A stretch of 64,000 nucleotides of DNA from Cenococcum geophilum (lineage: Eukaryota). Shown in pieces: positions 12,801 to 26,800 of this stretch; within the stretch, counting starts at the first letter, position 1; every line of letters begins with the position of its first letter. The stretch covers positions 30,318,001-30,382,000 of the forward strand of contig CP158635.1 in assembly GCA_050273025.1 (NCBI GenBank), given 5' to 3'. Under the pieces are notes generated by a model. The model saw only the letters and a program-made list of their open reading frames with translations. It did no database searches and was not told the origin of the DNA. Both the position numbers and the translations under genes were made by a program.

Positions 12801-15641
12801 TTTATAAAGATCTTCGCCCTAAATAGTCGATCTAGTATTTTACTAACCAGTAGTAGTAGGTAATAGTTCTTAATTGTAATCTTATTAAGGCCGCAATAGT
12901 CTATATCTAGCCTTATAGTTCTATTTAATTTTAAAATAAAGAGAATTGGCGCGCCTACTAGTAACTTACTGGGCTAAATCTACCCCTTTTCTAGTAACCT
13001 ATTAAGGTACTTCTATAGGATCTTAAGCTTTTTTTATAAGAGGTTATAGATAGAAAGGTTTAGTGGTTATTTACCTTCTTTTAGATTAATTGCATAATCG
13101 TACTCTAAGTTCTGTGGTAGGACTTTAGCTCTCCTACCTAAAAATACCCTTAGTAAGTCCCTTAGGCCTACTAGAATATTTAACAAATTAGGGCTGCGTT
13201 TATCCTCTATATTATTATCAGGTAGGTCCTAAAGCTCCCTTAGGATACTTATAGGCAGCGTTACGCGCTATAGTAGTTGCTTGTATATAGTTGCTACTAT
13301 ATATTATACCGTTTTATACGGTAGCTAATACAGGGTAAGGAATTCTTTAATATAGCGTTTAAGGTACTATAGTATATTCTCCGCATATTGCTTAAGCTAT
13401 AGTAACCTATAATAGTTAAAGTATCTTATAAGATCATTAAGATCGCCGCCTCCCTATAATATCTTTGCGACCTATCTAGCAGTTCCCTATATGGTCTCTG
13501 TTATAAAGGGGTTATTATATATACTAGGCTCTATACCCATCTTACTATTAAATAGGGGTTAGATTTAATACTCCTTTGGGTATAAAGCGTATACTATTTT
13601 ACCTAGGGCTATATTCTTTAGAATGTCCTTTAGGCTTATTAGTAATATACACCCTTCTAAATCTTTATTATTCCACTATTTAAAGGCTCCTGTCTTAAAG
13701 CGTATTTTAAAATATACTTTTATAAGCTAAGGGTATTTAAAAATAAGGTTATAATTTATAAAGTTAGCCGCCCAGAAGGGTTACGGGCTAACTACCTTAG
13801 TGCGGTTATATATATCGGCTACTGATACTATAAGCTTATAGGCACTATATAGTTTAATCCAATACTTATCTAGAAAGCCTATAATAGGTTTCCGCTACCT
13901 TTACAATAGGATAAGTTTATACTCTTTTACTAAATTATATTATATAAGATTAATTTCGGCGCCACTATTATATAGTACTTAAAACTAACGTACCTCGCCC
14001 GTAGGGAATATTATTTTTAGCTTAATAGTAATACGGAGAGTCTTTTCTTCTATATCTTACCCTAGTTGCAGCTAAAAGAGGTCTACGACTAGGGCTTTTC
14101 TTTTTTTTAGATTATTAGTGCGGTTATTACCCTGCTTATTTTTCTAATAGAATCTACCTCTAAAGTTTTCTCTTAACTTTTTAGAGTATTCCTATAAAGG
14201 TACCGGATGGGTATTAGGTTAACCCTAAAAGTCTTTCCCGTTATTTAAGGCTCCTAACTTTAACTCTTTTAAAGTTCTCTTTAAGAACGGCTTCTTTAAA
14301 GGTTATGTCTTCCCTATATTACTACTAGAGTGCCTACGCTTTTAGTGACCCCCTAGCTTCCTACTAGAAGAAATCTAGTTCCTTACTACATCTTTAGCGT
14401 TTAGAACTACTCGTTTAAAATCTATATATATAGTAATCCGCAATAGGGCTCCTATATAATTTATTTCGTTATAAATTGCTAGCTTAATTCTAGCCTAGAT
14501 AAACCCAATCTTCTCCTTTTTACGGATGCTACCGTCCTTATTTTTAAAGGGCTTTAAATCTATTTATTAAGTATAAGTTTCTATAAAGTTTATAAACTAG
14601 CGGAAGTTATAGCGGTTAAGCTGTGTCCTATTCTAGAATAGCTTTATATTATTATATAATATAATATACGAATCTTAAGTCTATTTCTTTAGAAAGTTTT
14701 ATAGCTATAGCTATATAGTAATTTACTTTTTATTAAGCTAATTAAATATAATCTAGTTTAGCACTCGGTCTTTAATCTTACTAATAATCCAGCGTATACG
14801 CTCTTTAGTATTATCTTATATTATTAGTATCTTAAAGAAGTTGTCTACCTTACGAACCTAATTGTCTAACTACTAGGCGTTAGGTCTATAGCAGGGTTCT
14901 AAACTACTAAAGGCCTTAGCTAGTTAGTCTATATCCTTTTTTTTTTATAGCGTAGGTAACTCTCCAAGTCTTCTATACCTTTTTAGGTAGGTATTAAGTA
15001 GCTTCTAGAAAGCCTTTAGCCTTAACTAAGTTATAAAAAAATTTACCTGGCTTAGATTAAACCCTAGTAGATATAGATTTGCCCTTAAAGGGTTCTAATA
15101 TATTTATTAGTAGCTTCCTCCCGCATAGCCTTTGAGAGCCTTATAACAGCTTTCTAATATTTATCTTAAAAGAGATTAATATAGGGCTTTTAACCTTCCA
15201 AACTCGGGCCTAGGGAAGCTCCTACTATAAAGGTAGTATTAGTACTAGTAGCTAGTATAGGCTTCCTAACGAGGCTCGGGTCTTAAGTTAGTAGTTAGCT
15301 TAGATTACCTAAAGGGGTAAGCCCGCTTAGCTTGTAAGCAGTCTGTATATTACTACTATACTAATTATAGGCCGGTAGTCTTCCAGGAGGATTCCGGTTA
15401 GTTCCCTAGTTAGATATATTAATATATTCCTCTAGCATTTCTAGCTTAGGAGAAGATCTTAAAGTTACCTCTAGCGCTTAATCTTCTAATTAACCTGGGT
15501 AGGGCTAAAGGGGCTCTAATTACTTTCTAGCAGCGTTATAACCGTTATAAAGGGTGTTTACGTTTTCCTTAGTGGTAACTATAGGTATATAAGAGTCTTT
15601 AAGCTCCTAAAGCATCTAGGTATTAGGGCTCGTTTAGCCAT
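9865..15641 (-). pseudogene. gag-pol of Gypsy W
   Basis: Candidate gag ATG at 15641; PR-RT-RH-IN-chromodomain order on the minus strand; riddled with RIP stops. Confidence 0.85.
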
Positions 15642-15745
15642 TTTGCCTAAAGGGTTATATTATCGCAATCTCTCGCTATTAGAGGGACCTTCCTGCCTTT
15701 GCGCGATAGCTTTCTATAAGGTATCCGTAGAGTTTCCGTTTAGGT

Positions 15746-16059
15746 TATTACAAGATTTTTAAGGGAGGATAGTAGTTATAAATAAAAGATATAAATAAAC
15801 AATCCAGTTTTTAAAGCCGACTACCCTTCTAAAAAAGAGTAGGAAGGATTTAAATATGAGGGGACTTTGTAGATAGGGGGCTATAAGGACACGATTGTGG
15901 AATAGAATAGATTAGTAAGAGAGACGAATCTTTAAGGAGGTAAGGCCTTAGGAATTGTAGAGACTATATTCTACGGGTACGTGCCTTTAGTACGTAACTG
16001 GCGACTATCTAAGGGGCGTCTAGGAGTTGTCCTAAGGGCAACCTAAGGTGTCCGCAATA
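15746..16059 (-). repeat. Probable 5' LTR of Gypsy W
   Basis: RIP-altered TG...CA ends (TATTAC...GCAATA), upstream of gag, with a pyrimidine-rich sense strand. The partner LTR is not in the window, so boundaries are unconfirmed. Confidence 0.6.
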
Positions 16060-16499
16060 ATATCCCTTATATTAATACACGTCTAGAATATTAAAAGTAG
16101 CTTTAGTAAGCTATATAACTCATTATATACTTTATATAAGAAGTATAGCTATAAATATCGCGTTTATAAGAAGGATTCTAGGCCTTATTTTAGGGGTGTA
16201 TACTTAAGATATTATATAGGTAGTAGGTTATATAAAAAGGTATATACTAATAGTATACTATTAGTTTATTAGCTAACACGCATATAGAAAAGTTTACTAA
16301 ATTTAGAGCCGGTTATACCTTAGGGCAAAAAACGTGCGAAGTTAGCTTCTACTAATAGTCTAGCTAAAACGCCTATTAAGAAGGTATAATATCCGTGTAT
16401 TAATAATACGGATATTGCTAATATCCGTATAGCTTAATTTTCGCACTATTTCTACCTACACTGCTACGCCTTCCCCCCCTATTAAGACTCCCACTTATA

Positions 16500-16775
16500 G
16501 TAGTACGTGCGGCTATAAAGGTACCCACTTTACCGCTGCTTCTTTAACTCTTTTACTAATTGCTAGTATACTAGGTGCTGCTATTACTGCTACCGCTTCT
16601 ACTAGTACGGAATCTATTAGCGTATATTTAGCAATTGCTATTTTTACGCGTATTAATACAGTTTATAAATAAGTAACTAATATAGCGAAAAATATTTAAG
16701 CTATAGACCGCTAGTTAAATAAGTTTAGAGATTCTCTAAATAAGATAAAAGATAAGCTTACATTCTTACGATGTG
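16500..16775 (+). pseudogene. Unidentified RIP-mutated reading frame (Ala/Thr-rich stretch, then coiled-coil-like)
   Basis: Frame reads ...GAAITATASTSTESI...FTRINTVYK*VTNIAKNI*AIDR*LNKFRDSLNKIKDKLTFLR, with only TAA/TAG stops revertible to Gln. No family recognised. Confidence 0.4.
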
Positions 16776-18186
16776 GTGTTATTATACTTATACGCAATAC
16801 TAGGCTACTAAATATTAAATAAGTAGATATAAGTTAGCTATTGCTACGGGTTGGCTATTACTACAGGTTTATAATAATAAAATAGTAACTTTTACCTTTT
16901 TACTACAATATATATAGGAATTAAATCTCTACCTTATATTTAATAGATATACTTAATTAATATTATAATATCTATATAAGCTAAGATAATAATATCCGCA
17001 TAAGCTAATATAAAGATATTTATATATCCGCATTATAAAATAGCCTACTACTACGTTATATACTATATACTAAGGAGATTATACGCTAGCTAGAGTTAAT
17101 TAATATATTAAGATAGAAACGTACTATAAGCCTAAGTATTTAAAAGTCCTCTAGTATTACGGAGTAAGTATAAGCGGCGATAATATATAGCAAAGTAGAT
17201 ATTATTAAGCTACGTATATAAACTGTATAATAAAGTTTAAACGTTATATAAGGAAAGAAGGTAGGAAAACGGGAAAAAGCGTATATATTATTAGCTTAGT
17301 TGCTTAGTTAATATATATATAAAGCAAAATAGGATTTAGGAAGTAGTCCTAGTAGAACTTGGTAGGATTTAGTAGAACTTAGCGGAATATAGTAGAATTT
17401 AGTAGAACTTGGCGGAATATAGCAGGATTTAGTAGAACTTAGCGGAATATAGTAAAATATAGTAGATTACCATTAGATTGTCGTAGATTACCATTAGATT
17501 GCCGTTTTTAGTTACTAAGTTAATGGAAATAGGTAGACGTGTATAAGGTGTTATAAGAGTATCCCGTAATAGTACTCCCCCTTTAAACTTAAGCTTTTAC
17601 GAGATGGGGTTATAGTAGTTCTAGGTAGAGTTTATAAAAGTCTTTTATAGCTTATATAAGTTTTATAAAGTTAACGGGTTCTTATAAGGGTTTAGTAAAG
17701 CCCCTTTATTTTATAAGGTATATATATTATATTTCTGCTTATTATATTTAATATCGTTAATTCTTTTAATAAAGTACTCGTTCTTACTATCTACTTTAAC
17801 TAATAGAGGAGGGTCCTATATTTACCTAGACAGGGCGTTTAATATAGGGGTAGTAAGGTAGAGGACTAATATATAGAATATAGGGTGAATTTTAATTATA
17901 TTAGAGATCTTTAGTTAGTAGGCGTAAAAGAAGACAACCTTATTAACCTTATAAGGGCCAGCGTTTTTTTAATTAAGTTTCTTAGTAGGTTGTTTTAGAT
18001 TTAGATTTCTTATATCTAGCTAGATAAAGTTACTAATTTAGTAGACTAGTGCTAGGGTTTATTTTTTATTTGCTGCGGCTTTATAAACAGATTAAGCCTA
18101 TATTATTTTATTAGTAAGGAACTGTTATAGTTCCTCTATCTTCTTTATAAATTAATTTGCTTCTATAATTTATAAAGCGTAATAAA

Positions 18187-21100
18187 TATTCACGACTTAG
18201 TTAATCGAGGCATAAGCATAGCAAGGAGGACGCATGCGAGTCCGTATAATTGGATTGTCTATAAACGAGGATCTAAAGCTAAAGAAAAGGAAAGGAAAAG
18301 ATAAGTAGCAACGCGAGGAGTTATATACAATCCCCTAGTCACGTAAAAGTTACGTAAGCTCTTTGTCTACTATAACGTCTACTATAACTAGCGCTTTCTG
18401 TTAGTGCTGCCGCTTTCTATTAGTGCCGTAACATTACCTCCCCCCCCCCCCCGGGGCAAAAGCCTGCCCTTAGGCTTTATATATCCGTATTATGCCCATA
18501 GGGCGTTCTTATCTTTATATTCTTCCGGTAGCTTATTATCTTTGCTATATTAGCACTCTATCCACTTGTCTAGGTACTTTAGGGGTTCTAGTTTATTAGG
18601 GTAACGGCTATAGAATTCTTAAAGCTTCTAGGGACTGCTAATAAAGTTCTATATAGGGTACTAGGTAGGATCTGGGTTATAGCCTTTCCAACTAACACAG
18701 TACTTTAGCGTTTTCCTTACTAGTTTATAGGCTAGTACTTCTTTAATTTCCAATTTGTCGTCACCTTTAACTTAAATTAGTAGGTGAGGATCGTTCTTTT
18801 ATCTAGGTAATAGGTTGTTTACGGCCTTTATAGCTTATCCGGCGAGAAGATAGGGTAAACCTTAAGTAAATCTAGGAGCTTTACTTTATATAAGTTGCCT
18901 ATTTTCTTAAGGACCTTATACGGTTCTGCCATTTAATAGTCTAGCTTATAACTAGGCCGTTCTATTTTTTTGTTCTTTGTTATAACCTAGACCATATTAC
19001 TTACAGTAAAGTTAGGCTCGCGCCTATACTTATTTACCTACTATTTTATTAAATTTTAGGCCTTTTTTAAGTTTATACGGGCTACTATTTAGGCTTCCTC
19101 TAAGCGTTTAGCGTACTACTAGGCATCCTTATAAGACAGTTTCTCGCGTATAGTCTGTAGTCCCTCTAGCATATCCCAGTTAAAGCTTATTTAGGGTAAG
19201 TACCTCATTTTTAGTTAAATAGGTGCAAATCCCGTAGAGTTATAGGGTAGGGTCGCCTAGGCGTAGTTTATTAGGAGTAGTAGTTCGCCCTAATTGTCCT
19301 AAAAGTGGTTAATAAAGGGCCAAAGTCTCTGGTCTAAGTATTAATTTATAACTTTTATCTGGCTATCTATCTAGGGGTAATACGCTATAGAAAGCTTTAG
19401 CCTAACCCCTAGGATCCGGGTAAACTCGTTCTAGAAGGCTAATATAAGCTGCGGCCTGTGGTCCGATATAATAGTATCTTGCGGTCCGTAAATTCGGTAG
19501 ATATAATAGATATACAGTTAGGCCGCCTCTTTAGTATTAATATTCTTATAGCAGGGAATTAAGAAAGGGCGTTTACCGAAGCGGTTAACTAGGACTATAA
19601 CTATATCGTACCTATTACAGTCTACTAGTAGTTCGTGGAAGTCCATAGAGATATACTGCTATAGGCGTTCCGTTATTGGGAGTGGTTTTAATAGTTCTAG
19701 GGCCTTATCTCGTGGAATTATAGACCTATAGTAGCCGTCGCAGTTTTATATATAATAGTTAATGTCCATAACTATTCTAGGCTAATAGTAACGGTTACTA
19801 ATAATCTTATAAGTCTTATTCTTTCTAGGGTGGGCTATAGAGACCTATATATATGCTTCGGCAATAAGCTAAGTCCATAAGTTTTATTTCTTTACTACTA
19901 CTAGCTATTCCTAGTGCTTAAGCAGTCCGTTTTTAAGGGATTATAAGCCGGTATTATCCTTTGCCTTTTTACGATACCTCTGTAGAGAAGGGGCAATTTA
20001 GTTTGCTTGCAGTAGTTTATTAATAAGGTTAAGTTCCATAGAATTAACAGGATATAGCTTAGCGCTTAAAGGGTCCGTACTTAGTTCTGCCTATACCTAG
20101 GGATTAAGGTATTCTAGTTATAGTAGCGCCTAAATTCGTAATAAGATCTTTATAGCTGCCTAGTTATTTAGGTCCTATTTACGCCTTATAAGAGCGTCCG
20201 CGCGGTTAGTGGCGCCTAGCCTATATATAATTAGAAAGTTAAATTAGGATAGGACCTCCGCCTAGCGTGTTTACCGGGCTATAAGGGCCTTTATTATTAT
20301 AAAATATTCTAAGGCCTTATAATCTAAAACTACCCAAATAGGCTTAGGAGCTTCTTCTAGCTGTATTCGCTAGTACTAATAGCTAGAGATAATAGCTAGC
20401 ATCTCTTTATTGTAGATTAGGTAGTTTAGCTTAGCATCTACTATAGTCTTTAAATAGTAGGTAATGGGGTGCTATTCTCCGTCCGGCTGCTTCTAGGAGT
20501 AAATATTAGCTATTACACTATCTAAGGCATTAGTTTCTAGCATTAAGGGCCGTTTTAGATAAAAATAGGCAAGTAGAGGGGCGGAGACTAGCCGCTTTTT
20601 AATATTAGCCTGGAGGCTAGCTTTATAGAGCCATTATAGGACCTTATAGACGTGCTCCTTGTGTTCTAACTTATTCTTAAAGTAAATTATAATATTGTCC
20701 AGGTAGGCTGTATAGAAGTCGTTAAGGTAGTTAAAGAGTATATTATTTATATATCACTAATACGTAGTTAATCTATTAGTTAGTCTAAAAGGCAGTACTT
20801 TATATTTATACGTTCCGTAACGGGTTTAAAACATAATAAGGTTTTCTAATTTAAGGTCTATCCTAATTCAGTAAAAAGCTTAATGGATATTAAGCTTTAT
20901 AAAAATCTTAGCTTTACTTATTCGAGTTAAATTCTTATTAAGTAGAGGCAGTGGGTAGCGGTCTTTAAGGGTTATATTATTAAACTTATGGTAGTTAATA
21001 CAAAAATAAAGTCCTCTATTTAGCTTTTTAGTAAAGAGAATAGGTAAGTTAAAAGGGGCTTGGCTAGGCTCAATAAAGTCCTTATCTAGGTTATTAATAA

Positions 21101-23852
21101 GATACTACTTTATGGCCTATAATTCGGCAGTGGATTACTATTAGAGGGGGCTATAGCTAAGGGTATCTTCCTTATCTAGCTTAATCTTAATCTTATAGTC
21201 GTATGGTTGGTAAGGCGGAAGTACATTAGACGCTACTTTAGTGAAGGTGTTTTTAAATTTCTAGTATTAACGGGGTAGTTTTTATTCTACTAACTTCTTA
21301 TCTATAAGCTCGCCTTTCTCTTAGGCTAGGGTTTCTTTCTCTTTAATTATTTAATTAATTTTATATAAGCTAGTCGTAAAGGCAACGGTATTAGGCTAAA
21401 CTAGGTTTTAGTAGAATCCTATAGCGCTAATATAGCAGATATTAACTAGTGGGAGGTCCGTAGGTTTCTTTACAGATATTCGTTAGGCCGTATTTTACGG
21501 TATAAGGTTTACAGTCTTCCTTAGCTTACGTTCTATTTTCTATAAGTTATCCTTCCGGTTTATTAGTTTAGTATATTATCTAATATTCCTAGCCTTCCTT
21601 TATAGCTTTATAGGGCCTAGGTTCTTTATAGGGGGCTTAGCTAGGTTACTACCGACTTCCTAAGTCTTTAGTATAGGTGACGTAATATAGGTAGTCTGGG
21701 GGCGGCGTAGTATGCGGATCCGTTACGGATTAAGCTGTATATCCTTTTTAAAGGCCTAGTCCCTACGCATTGCATTAGCCCAGTAAATGGTGTTTATCTA
21801 TGGCCATATAAGGTTTTCTATTATAATACTAATTTCTTTTATAAAGGAAGGCATTAGGGGCATAGTCTTAGGCCAGATAAGCCGTCTATTCCGTACGTTA
21901 AGCTATAAGCCTAAATAGGCTAGCTATTTCCTTCCTAAGATTATATTATAGCTTCTAAGGTCCGTAATAAGGAAGGGGATATAATATTACCTTCGCCTAT
22001 TAACGCGGAGGTATATTCGCAAAATACTCGTAATAGGTTACCCTACCTATCCGTTATACCCGCGAATAGAAATTAGTTTGGCAGATCTTCCATAGATATA
22101 TTAAGAAAGTTAGCTAGCTTTACGGCACATTAGGTGTTTATTAAGGTAAAGGCATTTACTCCAGAGTTAGCTAAGGTAGAGGTTAAAACTTAATATCTAT
22201 TACAAAATAAAGTATAAGGAATAGTGCAGCTTTTTCTACTAATTAGCCGTCCTAGATTAACGTGTAATATATTAATCCCTTCTAACCCTAAAGAGGAGTC
22301 TTTCTCTAAGGTTCCTCTTTTTCTAACTCCGTATTATTCTTCTGGATTAATAGAACCTCGTCCGCTTTTGCTTTTATCAGGCAGTCTTTTATAAAGTGGT
22401 TTTTCTGGCTATATAAGAAGCAAGCTCCTTAATTACTAAGGGCCTATCTATAGGGGTCGCTATAAGTAGGCCTAAATAACGGGCCTGTGGTATAACTAGC
22501 TATATAACTAGCTACTAAGTTAGTAGTTAGTTATATAACTAGCGCGGTAGGCGTTATAGGTTATACTAGGGTATTATAGGCTGTTCTTATATTACTTATA
22601 GCTTAATTTAAGGGATTCCTAGCCTTTATCCAGTTAGCTTATGCCTTAATTTAACGGAGGCCTTAGTTAATAGCTAGGTAGTAGTCCATAATTTCTTTTA
22701 ATGTCTATATAGTAGTAAAAGCTAGTAGTATAGCCCGCTATAGGTCTAGGGCAAGCTTGTTAAAGAGGTTTAGTAGTAGGTCTTCCTAGGGAATTTAGGC
22801 TTATCTGGCTAGGTATAAGAAGCAGGTCTAGAAGGCTAAAAAGGTCTCCGTTGTTTTTATATTTAGACTTTTATAATTAAGGCGGGCGTTCTATACCTTA
22901 AAAGGGTCCTTATAAATAAAAGACAAGTAGTTGATTATCTCTTTTTTAGAGAGGAAGGGGTTTATTAAGTTCTAGGCGTATCGCGGACGTAGATACGTCT
23001 GTGCGTCTTTACTAGTACGGCCGAAGACATAGGCCATTTTGGCTTAAGTAGTAGGGAAGTAATCTGTATTAACTTTAAGCTTATCCCGCAATTAAAGCTT
23101 CCAATTATTAAATATAAAGTTAGTTCCGTTTGTAAGTAATAGGGGGTTTACAACCTTCGCGGACTGCGACGATGCTAATACTATATATTAGGCTAGGGCC
23201 TTAAGGACTATAGTAAGTCTATCTAATAGGTTATCTTAAGATAGAGAGGTATCTCTAGTTTTAAACAGTTCTTATAGCTATTTAATTTTAGTATTAGCTG
23301 CCGCAAGCTCTGCCTAGGGGGTTAAAACATTAATTATTTCTTTATCTGATATATTTACGGGTCCTACAGCTACTTTACCTACAGCTGTGTTTCTTGGCAT
23401 AGTGGTAGGGGTATTAGGTAATTCTGGGTAATTTCTTTAGGGGTTTTAGTCTATGTGTGTCTTATAGGTCTTTTTCTTTAAGTCCTGTCCTTATGGTTCT
23501 AGTAATATCCTTAGGGTCCTATTCTGTGTTCTTATCCTGTTTATAGTCTTGTAGATATTTTTAAGTTCCTTTTTAGAAAGAAAGAGTGGTTTAAGCTTTA
23601 GATAATGTTAGCGACTTAGTTAATCAAGGTATAAGTATAGTAAGATGGACGTATACGAGCCCGTATAATTAGATTGTCTATAAACAAGGATCTAAAGCTA
23701 AAGAAAAGGAAAGGAAAAGATAAGCAGTAACGTAAGGAGTTATATATAATCCCCTAGTCACGTAAGAGTTACGTAAGCTCTTCGTTTACTATAACGTCTA
23801 CTATAACTACTACTTTCTGTTAGTACTGCCGCTTTCTATTAGTGCCGTAACA
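18187..23852 (-). mobile_element. Gypsy chromovirus Z inserted in the Y1 integrase region
   Basis: 247-bp LTRs 18187-18433 and 23606-23852; imperfect TSD ATAAA/TTAAA; poly-C (PPT complement) 18437-18452; gag ATG 23400; CCHC ~22380-22422; AYLD(D)IIIY ~20680-20710; chromodomain ~18600-18760. Confidence 0.93.
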
Positions 23853-26800
23853 TTAAATAAGGTAAGGAACATTACTAAAGGGTTTAAAACCCATTTATAG
23901 GTACTAGCTATAGTTAGCTAGGAATGGGGAGACCTTTATAGTTTCTAAGACAGAATTATTTATAGTAAACTTAGTAAATACAAGCCAGTTAATCTAGTTA
24001 TCCTATAGATATAACGTGTATATCTAAATATACTATTCCATTATCGCATTTACGCATTCTATTTAACTATCCATTTCTAGGTAATAAGTAGTAGATAATA
24101 GTGCTTTAATATAGAGTTAGGTAGTTAGTTCTTTCCAGAATATAGAGATAAACTAACTACCATTACTAGAGATAATCATTTTAAGGAGTCTATAGAGTTT
24201 CTATATACAGTCTAGAAATAGTTAGGCAATAGTAGGTATTAATATATTAAGGCAGGCAATTAAGTGTCTTATCTTAGATAGTCGGTCTATAACTACTATA
24301 ATATTTATACAGCCTTTATTTATAGGGAGATTAACAATAAAGTTAATTAAGATTCCTTCTATTTTCGGTTTAGAATAGGTAGTAGCTTTAAAAGGCCGTT
24401 ATAGGTCTTGTATAAAGCTTTAGCTCGTTAACAGATATAGTAGTTAGAGACGTACCTTTATATTATATTATATATATTTAGCTAATAGTACTCCTATTAG
24501 AATAGCTCTAGGGTTTTTTCTTAACCTGGGTAGCTGGCTACTAGTAAATTATATACGTGTTTAAGGAGCTTAAGCTTAAGTTCGTTATAGTTAGGTATAA
24601 CTAGGCGGTTCTAGTAGTATAAGCGGTCTCTATAAGCTTTATATTTACTTAAAGAGATCTTTTTAAAGCGTTTCTTAGATAAACTTGTTATTTAGGTATT
24701 TATTAATTATAATCTATTTAATTAATTAATTAGTTATTTTAAGGACGTGTATTAAAAGATCTTTAGTAAAAGGGTTAAATAGTTTAGGATAAAGTAGGAT
24801 CTAATTCTGGTAAGAGTGCGCTTTTTTTAATGCTAGTGCGTCTTATAAGCGTTAGGTTAGGGTATTAGGCTTTTAACCTTAGGCGCCTAGGCGGTATATA
24901 ATTAAGAATTAAAAGTAAGATAAATATTCTAACTAGTGGGCCTAATAATAGCTTAGCTATTTTATAGTCGTAAAGTACTATAAATTCTTATAGTCGCTAA
25001 GAACCTTAATTAGAAATTTAGCGCCTTCTAGTTTAAGTCGCTATTATTTAAAATATCTAATAGCTAGCAATTCCTTATTGTAGATCTTATAATTATATTT
25101 AGCTAGGCTTAGTTATTTTAAAAAGTATACTATAGGGTATAATACTCTATCCTTATTATATTAAGATAGGATACCTCTAATAACGTAGTTAGATAAATTA
25201 GCTTTATAATACTTATTCGGTTTAGGTTAAAGTATTAGAGTATAGGCGTAGTAGTAAATATAACCTTTAGATAAGTAAAGGCCTTCTTATATTCCTTATT
25301 AAAGATAAAGGCTTTATTCTTTTAGGTTAAAGCTATAAGGGGTAAAACTAGGGCGGAGAAGTTATTAATAAACTGTTAATAGAAATTGGCAAATCCTATA
25401 AAGGCTTTTACGTCCTTAATATTCTTAGGTTCTTACCTGTTTATAATTACTTTAACTTTCTTTAGGTCTATTTATATGCCATTTATAAAAATAAAAAGCC
25501 TAAGGTATAGGACTTTTATTTTATAAAATTTATATTTATCTATATCTAATTATAGACTAGCTCCTTATAGGGCTTATAGAATTAGATTAACATATTTCCG
25601 GTATTTAGTTAGGTTATTACTATATACTAAAATATTAATAATATAAGTAGTACAGAAGATGTCTAAGTAGGGACGTAGGGTATTATTTACGTAATATAAA
25701 AATAAGCTTAGGGCGTTTATAAGGCTAAATAGTGTTACTAAGTACTTAAATAGTCTATATTAGGTACGGAACGTAATAAGCTATTTATCTCCTTTAGTAA
25801 TATAGAGGCGGTTAAATATAAAGATAATATTAAGCTTAGTATAATAACGAGCCTTACTTAGTTAGTTTAGCGTCTCTTATATTAATAAAATCGGATATTA
25901 GTTCTTAATAGTAATAGCGTTAAAAGCTTAGTAGTCTATATAAAAGCGTAAACCGCCGCCGGGTTTCTTAATAAAGATTACTAGTACGGCTATAGGTAAA
26001 GAGCTAACTCTAATAAATCCTTTATTTAGGTTCTCGTCTAAATACTTCTGTAGTACTTAGTGTTCGTTTTAGAATATCCTATATAAAGGTCTAAATCTAG
26101 GCTACTTTCCTTCTTTAAGTACAATCTTATAGTTATATAATTAATATTTTAGTAGCTTATTAGCTTCCTTTTATAAGAATATATTTAGGCATTTATAATA
26201 CTCTACTGGTACCTTTATAGTAGGGTTAGTATACTTTTTTAGTACTAAGGCCTTCTTAATATCGGCTATTATAATAGCAATGATTATATATTTAGGTCTC
26301 TTAGCAAGTTAAGCTAGCGGAGTAGCTCTAATTATGCGGATATTTAGAGTATTAAGCTTACTTAGGTTATCTATAGTTTCTTATTCAGCTTTAAGTTTAG
26401 TATTAAATATAGAGTTAGTATTAGATTTGGGTTTAGGTTCTTTAAGTATCTTTTTTATAGTAGAATACTAGTCCTTCTAATACTTTTATATATTAAGCTT
26501 AAGCTCCTACTTAGTTTAAAGCGGTATAGTAGTTAGGATTGGTTTTTATAGTTTAGTATAATTTTTAAGTCCCTAATAAACGTTAGCGGAAATCTTATAT
26601 AAATAGAATTTGGTAGAATTTCCACGTTAGTAGAATTAAATAGATTTTTTAGGTATAGGGTAGCTAGTTATAGGAATTTTAGACTAGTAGATCTTAGTAG
26701 ATTTTTTAGATTTTAGTTTAGGGTCTAAGTAGTAAATTATAAGGCACTTCTACCTATAATAGGAGGCGGTAAATAAAAGCTTAAGGTTATTTTAATTAAT

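Larger units (their letters stand above)
3297..16059 (-). mobile_element. Ty3/Gypsy chromovirus W, interrupted by a LINE and truncated by hAT
   Basis: Minus strand: RT IIYLD(D)ILIY ~12590-12625, RNase H VVT(DA)SNF ~12070-12100, integrase (M)DFITDLP ~10825-10850, KKL..RYL(G)PF ~10080-10115. The chromodomain runs 9940-9865 and continues across the LINE as VK(W)LG(W)P..D at 3323-3297. Confidence 0.9.
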
